A stretch of DNA of 64,000 nucleotides, taken from positions 1,440,001 to 1,504,000 of the forward strand of contig JBMNJT010000002.1 in assembly GCA_050951805.1 (NCBI GenBank), read 5' to 3'. The translations under genes were made by a program, and so were the position numbers. This stretch comes from Bacillota bacterium (GTDB lineage Bacteria; Bacillota; DTU025). This document shows, one piece after another, positions 42,195 to 53,154 of the stretch. The notes under the pieces were generated by a model. It saw only the letters and a program-made list of their open reading frames with translations. It was not told where the DNA came from and did not search any database. Numbering within the stretch: position 1 is the stretch's first letter; each line of letters opens with the position of its first letter.

Positions 42195-44801
42195 CTATTT
42201 ATCCAACGTCTCAAGCTTTCTGAACATTGGCGCAGTTTGCCACAGAGCCCTCATATCGCTCACAGCCAGCCTGTGGGACTTAGGATGCCATTCCACTCTC
42301 ACAGCGCCCACTTCATCAGTCCGGAGAACAGCTGCACCCGACTGCAGAAGCCTTTCCACTGTATCTTGCGACGGATGGCCATAGCTATTTCGCCCTACCG
42401 ATATCACCGCAATACTAGGCTTCACAGCCTCCAAAAATCTTGCAGAAGTCGCACTGGACGATCCGTGGTGCCCCACCTTGAGCACATCGGCCCTTAGCAC
42501 GCCATGTCCCTCTGGCCCCAAACACCGAAACACTTCTTGTTCGAATTTCCGACCCGCATCCGCGCACAAAAGCATGGAGAACTCGCCGCACACAACGCGA
42601 AACACAAGGGAAGCCTCGTTGGGATCAAACGTCAGGTTGCCCGAGAATCCAACGTCTCCTTCCAACGAAGTGCCGCGCAACCCATCGCCCACTGCTTCCG
42701 GACCACCACCGTACACGATGGGATTGATCATCTCGAGCCTCACAGATCCTGCGTTGATCTGATTACCCCTAACCAACTGTGCAAGAGACGGCGCATTGCT
42801 ATACTGGCACTCCGACCCTACCAATATGCCGTCGATCCATGCCTGATCCATGCCTCTGGGAATCATTACCGTATCCGTCTGAACCTTGCCCGCAAGGGCC
42901 GCAAAGCCGCCTGCGTGATCCAAATGCTCATGTGTGATGATAGCCGCATCAATGTGCCTCTTCCCACAGCGCTCAAGATACGGGAGCACATGCCTTTCCC
43001 CGGCACGCTCAGTCCCCGCGTCTATCAGTAACGTATGCCCTTCCGGCGTAAAGAGCACGGCAGCATCCCCCTGCCCCACTGAAAGAAAAACAACCTCGAG
43101 AGGCCTTGGCCACGCGATGACCACGCCCAGAATCAGTGCAGCGATGGTAAGAACAATGCCAAGCTTGTCCCGACCGATACGCGATAGCCGCCTCGCAGCC
43201 CTGAACCTGGCAAAACGGTCCCACGCAAGCCACCAGATGACCGAGACCATCAGATAGTATGCAACGAGTTCGAAGCTTCGCAACTTCCTACAGCATACTG
43301 TTGCGCCAGGAAGTGATGACATCCATCCGACCAAATGTGTAAGCACCCGCAAAACAACACCGACGCCCGTAATGATTGCCGAACCCACCCAGGGAAGAAA
43401 GGGGTAAATTGCGCAACCAACCACGCCCGCCGTCATCACGACTGATGCAAGCGGTAGAGCCGCCAGATTGGTTAACGGGCCCACGAAGCACACCTGGCCT
43501 GTCATGTTGGCAATTATGGGCCAAGTCGCTATCTGTATGCCCACAGATACCGTGAGAACCTGCATAATTAGCGCAGACAGCCCAAGAGGCGCATTCTCCC
43601 GCGGTCTTGTTGCAAGGGGGGCAAAGGCAGCGAGAGCACCCACGGCGAGGTAGGACATTTGAAACCCTGCATTCCAAAGAAGCAAAGGGTTGATCAAGAG
43701 CTGAACGGATGCGCCAATGGCTAAGGGATGGATGAGGCTGCCCTTCCTTCGCCTGGCCTTTGCTAGGACCGCTACTGTCAGCATCAACCATGCCCGCACA
43801 ACAGATGCCCGCAGGCCGGCAGCCACGGCATAGATGCCGCCAAACAAGACCGCCGCAATATCGGCGGCTTCGGGCGACGCGCCTACAATGCCGACAAGAG
43901 CTCCAAAAAGCCCGGCAACGAGGCCAACATGGAGGCCGGAGGCTGCCAGCAGATGGGCAGCCCCAGATTTCCTGAAGCTCTCGAGAATAATGGGATCAAC
44001 CCCTCTGTAGTCGCCAAACATCATCCCTGCGAGGAGATCCCGTTCAGGCGGATCGAGAACCGCACTGGCTGAGGCGACCATCTGCCGCCGCACTGCATCA
44101 GCCACCAGGAGCAACGGGCGCCGACCATTGCGTCCTGCAAAGACCATCGAATCATGCTCTGCCCATGCAACGGCATGTATCCCTTGCTGCAAGAGTATCA
44201 TCCTGTAATCGGGTTCGCCAGGGTTCATGGGACGATCAGCGTATTCAACCTGAACCCTTGCCCACACAATGTCCCCTACGCGCACATCCCAGGTAACCCA
44301 ATCCTCCTCATGCCCCCACCGGGGCCTTATCCGAACAGCCCCAACTGCCGAGCCATTTGAACCCTGGTCCATGACTGTGTCAACATCGAGGATAAGCTCC
44401 GCAGGATCCACGTACGGCCATACGGATCGTATGGTGCCACGCACCATCACATCCCGCCCCGCATAGCGCGCAATCGACCTTGCAGCCATCCCATCTGTAC
44501 GCTCCATGGCAACTGCGCCCAAGCTTATTCCGGCCAAGGCCAAGACCGCCCAGGCCAGCACGGCTCGTCTTTTCTTTGATAATCTGAGCGTTTCAATTCG
44601 GGCGAACGCAATTCCCGCCAAAACAAGCCATGCCCACCGCAAACAGAAGCCGGCTTCACGGAATCCCAAGAGTATGCCCACAATCAGGAACAAGGCAATT
44701 ACTGGCGCCACAGCACACGCTCCCAAGTTTCCGTGGGTGACCGATGTTCCAAAGCCAAAGAGATGCTTCCCGGGATTCTCGTTTCCCGCCGTGAGCGCCA
44801 T
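42195..44801 (-). CDS. comEC: DNA uptake channel ComEC/Rec2
   Basis: NPGEPDY, HLLAASGLHVG, GFQMSY, VGQGDA, THEHLDHAGG, KVGHHGS, YGHPS. Confidence 0.95.
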   Translation of the reverse strand: MALTAGNENPGKHLFGFGTSVTHGNLGACAVAPVIALFLIVGILLGFREAGFCLRWAWLVLAGIAFARIETLRLSKKRRAVLAWAVLALAGISLGAVAMERTDGMAARSIARYAGRDVMVRGTIRSVWPYVDPAELILDVDTVMDQGSNGSAVGAVRIRPRWGHEEDWVTWDVRVGDIVWARVQVEYADRPMNPGEPDYRMILLQQGIHAVAWAEHDSMVFAGRNGRRPLLLVADAVRRQMVASASAVLDPPERDLLAGMMFGDYRGVDPIILESFRKSGAAHLLAASGLHVGLVAGLFGALVGIVGASPEAADIAAVLFGGIYAVAAGLRASVVRAWLMLTVAVLAKARRRKGSLIHPLAIGASVQLLINPLLLWNAGFQMSYLAVGALAAFAPLATRPRENAPLGLSALIMQVLTVSVGIQIATWPIIANMTGQVCFVGPLTNLAALPLASVVMTAGVVGCAIYPFLPWVGSAIITGVGVVLRVLTHLVGWMSSLPGATVCCRKLRSFELVAYYLMVSVIWWLAWDRFARFRAARRLSRIGRDKLGIVLTIAALILGVVIAWPRPLEVVFLSVGQGDAAVLFTPEGHTLLIDAGTERAGERHVLPYLERCGKRHIDAAIITHEHLDHAGGFAALAGKVQTDTVMIPRGMDQAWIDGILVGSECQYSNAPSLAQLVRGNQINAGSVRLEMINPIVYGGGPEAVGDGLRGTSLEGDVGFSGNLTFDPNEASLVFRVVCGEFSMLLCADAGRKFEQEVFRCLGPEGHGVLRADVLKVGHHGSSSATSARFLEAVKPSIAVISVGRNSYGHPSQDTVERLLQSGAAVLRTDEVGAVRVEWHPKSHRLAVSDMRALWQTAPMFRKLETLDK

Positions 44802-45488
44802 TTACCTCACCGTGGCATGGGGAGCAATCTTGCTCAGTTTCGCCTCGCCGATGCCGGAGACGCCGAGCAAATCGTTGACAGAAGAATACGGTCCATTGAT
44901 CTTCCTATACTCTACAATCTTGGCAGCTGTAACTGGACCAACCCCCGGCAATTGCTCAAGCTCGGCGACTGAAGCTGTGTTGATGTTTATCAATGTTTCC
45001 TTGGGTGACAACGCCGAGATATCTGCTCTATTCGAAGGAATTCTCGCCTCCGAAGATCCGGATGGCATAGGCTCTTTGCGAGGAATACATATCTGCTCTC
45101 CATCATGTACCGGCAGTGCAAGATTGACCATATCGAGATCGGCCTCAGATGTTGCTCCCCCCGCCGCCCTAACCGCGTCGGCAACCCGCGAGCCGTGGGG
45201 AAGAGAGTAGACTTCAGGACGAGCCACCGCGCCCGCGACATGGATTACGATTAAGTCATCGTCCAACTCAGGCGTTACCGAACCAGCTACGGGACCCTCG
45301 ACGTCTGTCTCGCACGACAGGCAATCCCCGCCATGAATGGATCCGTCCTGATAGGAGGAATCAGTCTCCTCATTCTCGATCACCACCAGTGCCGGTCGAC
45401 GCGCCTGTTTCAAGGCAACCGCCGCCAGCCCTAACAAGCCCACTGCGGCTACAATCGCCGCAATCTTCCGTGGACTCAGTTTGTTCAT
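44802..45488 (-). CDS. comEA: DNA uptake receptor ComEA
   Basis: TM anchor, SLBB-like HVAGAV..P.VY.L..GSRV, ININTA, HhH LPGVGP and VSGIG. Confidence 0.94.
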   Translation of the reverse strand: MNKLSPRKIAAIVAAVGLLGLAAVALKQARRPALVVIENEETDSSYQDGSIHGGDCLSCETDVEGPVAGSVTPELDDDLIVIHVAGAVARPEVYSLPHGSRVADAVRAAGGATSEADLDMVNLALPVHDGEQICIPRKEPMPSGSSEARIPSNRADISALSPKETLININTASVAELEQLPGVGPVTAAKIVEYRKINGPYSSVNDLLGVSGIGEAKLSKIAPHATVR

Positions 45489-46169
45489 TGACAATCCCCC
45501 TTGAAAGCGCCGACCGGTCATGGTGGAAACGCCGAGCTGCTAGACTCATGTTACCATTCGGACACCACCGCCGCCTCGCCCTTTTGGGTGAGCCAACTGG
45601 GTGATTTTTGGCGCCAAAGCGTCGAGAGGCAAGATGCCGACCTCGTGGTCCTTCATCTCGCCACGCCTCCTTTGCCATCAAGCTCACATGGCTACAGTCT
45701 CTTCCCAAAGTCCTCCGGAGCGTCTCTAGCTCAAAGGCAATCTGCCCCGCCGAACTTCGCTTCTCGACTGAGCAGACGCAGCGCCCAGTAGGCTCGTAAC
45801 ACCCGGCTCACCCGTTTCCACCGGCATTTCAGCCCCTGTTATCTCTCTCCCATACTTGCCTACAGCTGCAGCAATCACCGTGAAGATATGGGGCAACGTG
45901 GCTTGGAGCAACATATGTCAAGCCTTTGGTTCCAAAACTCGGTATTTACATGAGGCCCGAATTGGGCAAAAAGAGTCTCCCATGGTCATCAATGGAGCCA
46001 TAGCACTACGCTTAGTCAGTTGAGCTCCCCCTAGTTTTAGCACTTCTGCAGGGGCTGACAGATGAAGAGCCCGAGGCTTTGATCCATGCCTTCGTTGCCG
46101 AGCCTACATCCGAAACGGCAACAGGATGCTCCGTAATCAAGCAAGTCCTGCGAACAGAACCCAAAGCTG

Positions 46170-46640
46170 AAAGACCTTAGTCCCTCCGACCTTTTATAGC
46201 ACATCTGCGGGTTGTCTTCCCGCTGGTTGCGTAACGTAACTCGTCGGCTAGACAAACATTCCGGAGGCTGAGGGTTCATAACTACTACGGACTCATCTGC
46301 CACCCCACACCACATATTCCCATCCTTGCGTCTCCGCTTGTTTGGGCTTACCAGCTATCTGGATGATGCAGGGCTTCCCCGGTTAAGTTTGTCTGCCTGA
46401 CACGAACCCGTCCGTCAAAACCCCCCAGGTTATCCAGCTTTCGGGCTTTCCCATACTTCGCAAGGTTACCCACCTGACAGGCCAACTTCGGTTCGCTTTC
46501 GCTACGTTCCGTGTTCCCCCTTAAAGCTTCCTTCAGACCCCGCCGTTACCAGCGACGCCCTTGCCTTGAGGTTGTCTTCCCGCTGGTTGGGTGACAGGAC
46601 TTCTTTCAGTCCATCGGCTCAACAAACATGCCGGGCGAAC
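46170..46640 (-). mobile_element. Truncated group II intron, class IIC-like (domains I-III only; no RT ORF, no DV/DVI)
   Basis: Starts GTTCGCCCGGCATG right after the leuS terminator T-run; contains GCAAGGG..TC..TGGTAAC..GG.TCTGAAGGAAGC, CTTAACCGGGGAAG, GGCAGATGAGTCCGTAGTA and GAGGGACTAAGG. Confidence 0.8.
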
Positions 46641-46673
46641 AAAAGGCTAACCTCACAGGCAATGAGGTTAGCC
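46641..46673 (-). terminator. leuS intrinsic terminator (intron target site)
   Basis: GGCTAACCTCA-N7-TGAGGTTAGCC followed by TTTT. Confidence 0.85.
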
Positions 46674-46705
46674 AAAAAACCAATTTTCTATATCACAAAA
46701 CAAGA

Positions 46706-49222
46706 CTATTTTACAACTATGTTTATGAGCCTCTTCGGAACGAAGATCGTCTTTACCACGGAACCCGAGCCGACCGCAGCCAACACTTTCTCGCTTGCCA
46801 GCGCCATGGCGACAGCTTCATCCTCTGTGGCATCAGCTGCGATAGTCAGTCTCTCTCTAACTTTGCCATTCACCTGTACGGCTATCTCAACCTCGTCCAC
46901 AACAATCGCCCTTGGGTCGTATTTCGGCCATTCGACGCGATGAACACTGCCGCTGTGACCTATTTCATGCCAAAGCTCCTCAGTGATGTGAGGCGCAAAC
47001 GGCGCCAACATGACCACCAGGATATCAATAGCCTCCGCCATGACAGCAGCGTCTCCCTGCTCAGACAGCACCGCATCCTTCAACGCATACAGCGAGTTCA
47101 CACACTCCATGATTGCGGCAATTGCCGTGTTTAAGCTGATACGCTCTTCGATGTCCTCAGTAACCTTCTTGAGCGCGCCATGCACGGCCCTGCGCACCTC
47201 CCGCGCCTCGGGGCTGAGGGAATCGGGATTAGGCACAACAGCCACTCCCACTCCCTCATGCATGTTCTTTCTCTCATCTCCTACCGCCTGAACATACTGG
47301 TGCACAAGCCTCCATACTCTCTGCAGGAACCTCCAGCATCCTTCGACGCCTTCAGCACTCCATTCCAGATCCCGTTCCGGGGGCGCCGCGAACAGCACGA
47401 AAAGCCTGGCTGTATCCGCCCCGTATTCATTGACAATCTCGTCGGGATCCACGGTGTTCCCCTTCGACTTGGACATCTTGGCGCCATCCATCAACACCAT
47501 TCCTTGCGTGAGCAAGTTGGTGAAAGGTTCCTCGAAACCAACCAGACCGATATCGTAAAGGGCCATCGTGAAGAACCTGGCATACATGAGATGCATGATA
47601 GCGTGCTCAACGCCGCCAATATACTGATCCACAGGCATCCAGTAGTCTACGTCCGCCCGCTTCCAAGGCCCGTCATCCGTTTTCGGCGACGTGTATCTTG
47701 AAAAATACCACGACGAACAGATGAAAGTATCCATCGTATCTGTCTCACGCCTCGCAGGTCCTCCGCAGACAGGGCATCGGGTGTTTACAAATTGAGGGCA
47801 ATCCATCAGAGGCGACTTGCCGGTGGGCATGAACTTGACATGCTCCGGTAACATCACCGGAAGTTCCTCCTCTGGAACCGGGACTATCCCACAAGAATCG
47901 CAATAGACAATCGGTATCGGAGCGCCCCAAAATCGCTGCCTGGATACGAGCCAATCGCGGAGACGATAGTGCACCACCCTCCTCCCGCTTTCCTCTTTCT
48001 CCAGGTAATCAGCGATGGCCGATCTCGCCTCAATCGACGGCATGCCGTCAAATTGGCCGGAGTTAACCTGCACACCTTCATCCACGTAGGCGCCTCCCAT
48101 AGTAGACTCATCTAGGCGCTCACCTGTGGGCGTGATTACCACCTTTATGGGCAATCCATACTTCTTGGCGAATTCGAAGTCTCGCTGGTCATGGGCGGGA
48201 ACGCCCATGACCGCCCCTGTTCCGTAATCCATCAGCACATAGTTGCCAACCCATATGGGGACGGACTCCCCGTTAGCCGGGTTAACAGCATAGGCACCAG
48301 TAAACATGCCAACTTTCTCCGTCTCTTCCGACGTGCGCACTATGTCGTCTTGGCCTATCGTATCCTCCACAAATCGGCGTATCTCAGCCTCATTTGGCTT
48401 CCCCTCGATCAGCTTGTCAACCAGAGGGTGCTCAGGCGCCACCACTACGTAGGACACTCCGTAAATAGTGTCTTGGCGTGTGGTGAAAATCGTCAGTTTG
48501 TCGCCTGTCTCCGGCACGTGAAAATCTATGTCCACACCTTCGCTGCGGCCTATCCAGTTGCGCTGCATAACCTTGACCTTGTCAGGCCAGCCAGGCATGT
48601 TGTCAAGGTTGCTCAACAATCTCTCGGCATAGTCAGTGATTCTCAGGAACCACTGCTCCAGCACCCTTTTGGTTACAGGTGTATCGCACCGCTCACATGC
48701 TCCGTTAACAACCTGCTCATTTGCAAGCACAGTCGCGCAAGACGGACACCAGTTGACCTTCTGCGTCTTGCGATACGCCAACCCGTTCTTGTACAGCTGG
48801 AGGAAGAGCCACTGGGTCCACTTGTAGTATGAGGGGTCGCATGTAGTGATCTCTCGATCCCAGTCATAGCTGAATCCGAGCCTCTTTATCTGCTTTCGCA
48901 TTGCCGCGATATTCTCACGCGTCCAGGTCACCGGATCAGCCCCATGCTCTATGGCGGCATTCTCAGCAGGTAGGCCAAACGCATCCCATCCCATGGGGTG
49001 CAACACATTCCATCCCTTCATCGACCTTTGTCTGGCTATTACATCCCCGATAGAGTAATTTCTGACATGACCCATATGGATCCGCCCGGAGGGATACGGA
49101 AGCATCTCCAATAGGTAGTATTTTGGACGGGCAGTCTCCTCCCCGACCTTGTAAAGCTGGTCCTCTTCCCATTTCGCCTGCCATTTGGGCTCTATCTCTT
49201 CGAAGCAATACCTATCCCTCAT
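46706..49222 (-). CDS. leuS: Leucine-tRNA ligase
   Basis: PYPSG..HMGH, KMSKS, editing-domain GTGAVMGVPAHDQRD; AAGGAGG SD. Confidence 0.98.
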   Translation of the reverse strand: MRDRYCFEEIEPKWQAKWEEDQLYKVGEETARPKYYLLEMLPYPSGRIHMGHVRNYSIGDVIARQRSMKGWNVLHPMGWDAFGLPAENAAIEHGADPVTWTRENIAAMRKQIKRLGFSYDWDREITTCDPSYYKWTQWLFLQLYKNGLAYRKTQKVNWCPSCATVLANEQVVNGACERCDTPVTKRVLEQWFLRITDYAERLLSNLDNMPGWPDKVKVMQRNWIGRSEGVDIDFHVPETGDKLTIFTTRQDTIYGVSYVVVAPEHPLVDKLIEGKPNEAEIRRFVEDTIGQDDIVRTSEETEKVGMFTGAYAVNPANGESVPIWVGNYVLMDYGTGAVMGVPAHDQRDFEFAKKYGLPIKVVITPTGERLDESTMGGAYVDEGVQVNSGQFDGMPSIEARSAIADYLEKEESGRRVVHYRLRDWLVSRQRFWGAPIPIVYCDSCGIVPVPEEELPVMLPEHVKFMPTGKSPLMDCPQFVNTRCPVCGGPARRETDTMDTFICSSWYFSRYTSPKTDDGPWKRADVDYWMPVDQYIGGVEHAIMHLMYARFFTMALYDIGLVGFEEPFTNLLTQGMVLMDGAKMSKSKGNTVDPDEIVNEYGADTARLFVLFAAPPERDLEWSAEGVEGCWRFLQRVWRLVHQYVQAVGDERKNMHEGVGVAVVPNPDSLSPEAREVRRAVHGALKKVTEDIEERISLNTAIAAIMECVNSLYALKDAVLSEQGDAAVMAEAIDILVVMLAPFAPHITEELWHEIGHSGSVHRVEWPKYDPRAIVVDEVEIAVQVNGKVRERLTIAADATEDEAVAMALASEKVLAAVGSGSVVKTIFVPKRLINIVVK

Positions 49223-49250
49223 TCTTCTTCCTCCTTCGGCTTTAGGGAAC

Positions 49251-49610
<360 letters not shown>

Positions 49611-49638
49611 TTGCATTTCAAAATATCAAGCAGCTATG

Positions 49639-49667
49639 ATTATACCTGCCCCGTTTCGGTAAGTCAA
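49639..49667 (-). promoter_or_regulatory. SigA promoter for the T-box/tRNA/leuS transcript
   Basis: TTGACT-N17-TATAAT. Confidence 0.85.
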
Positions 49668-49793
49668 GCCAATTCGCCTCATAACCCGCTGACATTCTTC
49701 CGACAACGACCACTTTGACGATTAGCCGTGCAGCCCATTGCCGCACAGACGCCCATCGGTCCAACATCACGGCGCTCAGCCAGGAATCTGACG

Positions 49794-50210
49794 TTAAGTT
49801 GCATCGTCCGCACTTGAGTCGCCAACTCTCACAGCTGGCGCATCGCCCCAGAGGCCTTCTAGGTCGTAGTATTTCCTTTCTTCTTCCCGGAAGATGTGGA
49901 CTACTATGTCACCCCAATCCAAGAGCACCCAGCCTGATGCATCTGAGCCTTCGCGGCGGCGAAGCGCCAACTTCGACTCTTCCATGCTCTCCTCGATTGC
50001 TTCGCGCACGCCACGCGCATGCGCCTCAGTATACACCGTACACACCAGGAAGTAATCGGCCATGATTGAAACGGAAGTCATATCGATCAAGACCACGTCT
50101 ACTGCCTTTTTCTCCACAGCGGCCGCAGCCGCCTTCTTTGCGTGGCATGTGGATGAGAGTTCAGCCTGCAATTTCTCCAAATTCACGAGCAGGTGGATCA
50201 CCAGCCTCAC
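49794..50210 (-). CDS. rsfS: Ribosome silencing factor RsfS
   Basis: EKKA.D, ADYFLVC, REG...WVLLD.GDIVVHIF..E.R.YYDLE.LW; start uncertain. Confidence 0.93.
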   Translation of the reverse strand: MRLVIHLLVNLEKLQAELSSTCHAKKAAAAAVEKKAVDVVLIDMTSVSIMADYFLVCTVYTEAHARGVREAIEESMEESKLALRRREGSDASGWVLLDWGDIVVHIFREEERKYYDLEGLWGDAPAVRVGDSSADDAT

Positions 50211-50811
50211 AATTAGTATTCACCGCGCGAACAAGGCGGTTTCGCGCCAAAACAGTCTCTATGGCTATTTCACGCCCAGTTTGCACCAGATGCAAAATGG
50301 TGCAATCCAAGGCAGATAGAAGAGCCAAATCAAGATCGTGTTCGGCAAGGGCGCGGAGCCTATCTACACCCGGAAAATTCCTCCCAGGTTCAATGTAATC
50401 GGCAAGGCACACTACCTTGTCTTCAGCACTCATCTCTATTGATCCCAATGTATGGCATGCTATTGCCCGAAGCACCCGCACATCTTCCACTCCATACTTT
50501 TCTCTGGCCAAAACCGCGCCTGCAAGTCCGTGAAGGAGCATCGGACAGTTCTGCAGGCTCTCTACCAGATCAGAACGGCCACTTCGATGAGCAAGTGTTA
50601 GGAGTGCGTCGTCAGGTAGATCCCGTGCGCAGTCGTGGAGGAGCCCTGCCAAACCACAGACTCGAACATCCGCCCCGTACTTCTCGGCAAGCCGCCTCGA
50701 TTCCTCCTCCACCTGCAGCGAATGGGCAAACCGTTCAGGCTGCAGCGTAGATTCGAGTTCATCCCTGATCGATGTCAAGGCGTCTTCGCACATCAAGAAG
50801 CTACCCCCCAC
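50161..50811 (-). CDS. yqeK: HD-domain Ap4A hydrolase YqeK
   Basis: RFAHS, GLLHDCAR, LLHG, CHT.G, ADYIEPGR. Confidence 0.92.
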   Translation of the reverse strand: MGGSFLMCEDALTSIRDELESTLQPERFAHSLQVEEESRRLAEKYGADVRVCGLAGLLHDCARDLPDDALLTLAHRSGRSDLVESLQNCPMLLHGLAGAVLAREKYGVEDVRVLRAIACHTLGSIEMSAEDKVVCLADYIEPGRNFPGVDRLRALAEHDLDLALLSALDCTILHLVQTGREIAIETVLARNRLVRAVNTNCEAGDPPAREFGEIAG

Positions 50812-50894
50812 GGCATTGACAGTTCACTACATCACATAATAGCACATCGCCCCCAGAGGTTCCACGTGGGGGCGATGCACTTCAACATCCTTTC

Positions 50895-51152
50895 TTACAT
50901 GCGGTGTTCCCGGGCTTTCGCCTCGTTCACCGTGATCTCTCTTCCATCGATAGTCGTTCCGTGAAGTGATTTGACGATCGGCTCGATATCATCGGTGTCG
51001 ACCTCCACAAAACCAAAACCGCGGGATCTCCCAGTATCTCTGTCCGTCACAATCCTGCTTGAAATGACCTCCGCATATGGGGAGAACACTTGCTGTAGTT
51101 GATGATCTGTTATCCCCCAAGGGAGGTTTCCCACATACAAAGTTTTACTCAT
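50895..51152 (-). CDS. RRM-domain RNA-binding protein
   Basis: LYVGNL (RNP2), RGFGFVE (RNP1), VNEAK. Confidence 0.93.
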   Translation of the reverse strand: MSKTLYVGNLPWGITDHQLQQVFSPYAEVISSRIVTDRDTGRSRGFGFVEVDTDDIEPIVKSLHGTTIDGREITVNEAKAREHRM

Positions 51153-51230
51153 GCCTGCACCTCACTCCGTTAGAGCGTAGTTTTCCGCCGTACCCGTGCA
51201 CTTATGTATCACCCAAGATGCAGCGCGCAG

Positions 51231-51833
51231 TCATTCTCTGTATAGCCCGACCAGTTCAATGTAGTTGATGACCATGTCAGGCAGAAGATATCGAACCGGT
51301 CGTCCATCTTTGAGCCGCTCTCGAATATCCGTGGATGATATCGCCAAGGCCGGCACTTCAAGGAAATGAATCTTGTTTGCTCTGTGCCCGAATATTTGCT
51401 CGATTTTATCGCTGTGAAGCGCATACCCCGGCCTCGTCGCAGCAATAAACTCACATAGGTCAAGAAGATCGTCCGAATCTTTCCACTCAAGCATTTCCAG
51501 TATTGCGTCTGCGCCTGTGATGAAATAAAGTCCTGCATCATACCCATATCTATCTCGAAAAGCTCTCACAGTATCGATGGCATACGATGGACCTGACCTG
51601 TCCACTTCTATTGAAGACACCTCAAAATGGGGATTGCTCGTTGTGGCCAGAACAGTCATCATGTATCTGTGTTCACGCGAAGTGATTTGTTTGCCCATTT
51701 TATGGGGAGGCTGCCCTGATGGCACAAACACAACCTTGTCGAGGTCAAACTGGTAGTACGCCTGTTCCGCCGTTACAAGGTGCCCATAATGCACCGGATC
51801 AAAAGTGCCGCCCATCAGGCCTATACGCTTCAT
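51231..51833 (-). CDS. nadD: Nicotinate-nucleotide adenylyltransferase
   Basis: GGTFDPVHYGH, PPHK, FITGAD, ISSTDIR. Confidence 0.96.
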   Translation of the reverse strand: MKRIGLMGGTFDPVHYGHLVTAEQAYYQFDLDKVVFVPSGQPPHKMGKQITSREHRYMMTVLATTSNPHFEVSSIEVDRSGPSYAIDTVRAFRDRYGYDAGLYFITGADAILEMLEWKDSDDLLDLCEFIAATRPGYALHSDKIEQIFGHRANKIHFLEVPALAISSTDIRERLKDGRPVRYLLPDMVINYIELVGLYRE

Positions 51834-51855
51834 CGTAATACACCTGCCGCACCTG

Positions 51856-53154
51856 CTAGCGCGTCCAGAAATGCGCCTCGCCGTACTCTATCTCCAGATC
51901 TCCTATGCGCACGATATCTCCTTCAACAGCTCCGGCCTTCCTAAGCTCATCTACGATTCCCGCCTTGGCCAACATAGCCCAGAATCGCCCGTAAGCTTCA
52001 ACGTTATCCATGTCAGTCATCTGGCATAGACGTTCTACGCCCTCGCCTGACAGCACATAGACATCGCCATCCCGTTCAACCACGGTATCTCTCAGCCTAG
52101 AACCACGTTGGGTGTACACCCTTGCTTCCTCTTCAGGCTCAACCAGAATGTCATCAGGCGGGATCTTGGCCAATACATCAGCAACTGCGTACAGCAGGCT
52201 CTGGACGCCTTCGCCAGTCAACGCCGATATGGGAAACACCTGGACGTCTTCTTTTTCGAGCACATCCGAAAAAGCCCTAGCCCGATCAGAAGCCCCCGGC
52301 ATGTCCACCTTATTCGCTGCAACAATCTCTGGTTTCACCGGCAAATCAGGATGGTAGAGCTCAAGTTCGCGCCTGATAGTTCGATAATCCTCAAGAGGAT
52401 CGCGCCCTGACTCTTCTGATACATCAACGACGTGAACAAGAACCCGCGTCCTCATAATGTGGCGCAAGAACTCGTGTCCCAAGCCTATACCCTCCGCCGC
52501 ACCCTCGATAAGCCCAGGAATGTCCGCCACAACAAAGCTTTTGTCCGCTAGATCCACAACGCCCAGGATTGGGCTGAGGGTTGTGAATGGATAATCCGCA
52601 ATCTTTGGCCGAGCAGAAGAAATCTTTGACAGCAACGTGGATTTCCCCGCGTTGGGGTATCCAATGAGCCCCACATCTGCCAACAACCGAAGCTCAAGCA
52701 CGAGTCGGCGTTCCTCGCCAAGCTCTCCCTTCTCAGCAAAACGCGGCGTCCTCCGCACCGATGTCGCGAACCGAGCATTTCCACGCCCCCCTGCCCCGCC
52801 TCTGGCCAAGAATGCCCTCTGCCCATGGACAACAAGATCGGCCACCATCTCACCTGTCTCCGCGTCCCTCACAATAGTTCCAACTGGGACTTTAATGATG
52901 AGATCTTCGCCTGCCGCGCCAGTCATCTTGCTGCCGCCACCACGGGCGCCGTTCTTTGCGCGGAGATGCTTCCGGTAACGAAAGTCCGTCAGCGTCGTCA
53001 AAGCCTTGTCCGCCTCCGCGATGACGCTTCCGCCATTGCCACCGTCTCCCCCTGAAGGGCCGCCCCGCGGAACATACTTTTCCCGCCTGAATGCGACCTC
53101 GCCGTGGCCACCATCTCCGCCACGAACGCATATTTCGACTAAATCAACAAACAT
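51856..53154 (-). CDS. obgE: GTPase ObgE
   Basis: FRREKYVP.GGP.GGDGG, GYPNAGKST, YPFTT, DIPG, NKVD. Confidence 0.97.
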   Translation of the reverse strand: MFVDLVEICVRGGDGGHGEVAFRREKYVPRGGPSGGDGGNGGSVIAEADKALTTLTDFRYRKHLRAKNGARGGGSKMTGAAGEDLIIKVPVGTIVRDAETGEMVADLVVHGQRAFLARGGAGGRGNARFATSVRRTPRFAEKGELGEERRLVLELRLLADVGLIGYPNAGKSTLLSKISSARPKIADYPFTTLSPILGVVDLADKSFVVADIPGLIEGAAEGIGLGHEFLRHIMRTRVLVHVVDVSEESGRDPLEDYRTIRRELELYHPDLPVKPEIVAANKVDMPGASDRARAFSDVLEKEDVQVFPISALTGEGVQSLLYAVADVLAKIPPDDILVEPEEEARVYTQRGSRLRDTVVERDGDVYVLSGEGVERLCQMTDMDNVEAYGRFWAMLAKAGIVDELRKAGAVEGDIVRIGDLEIEYGEAHFWTR

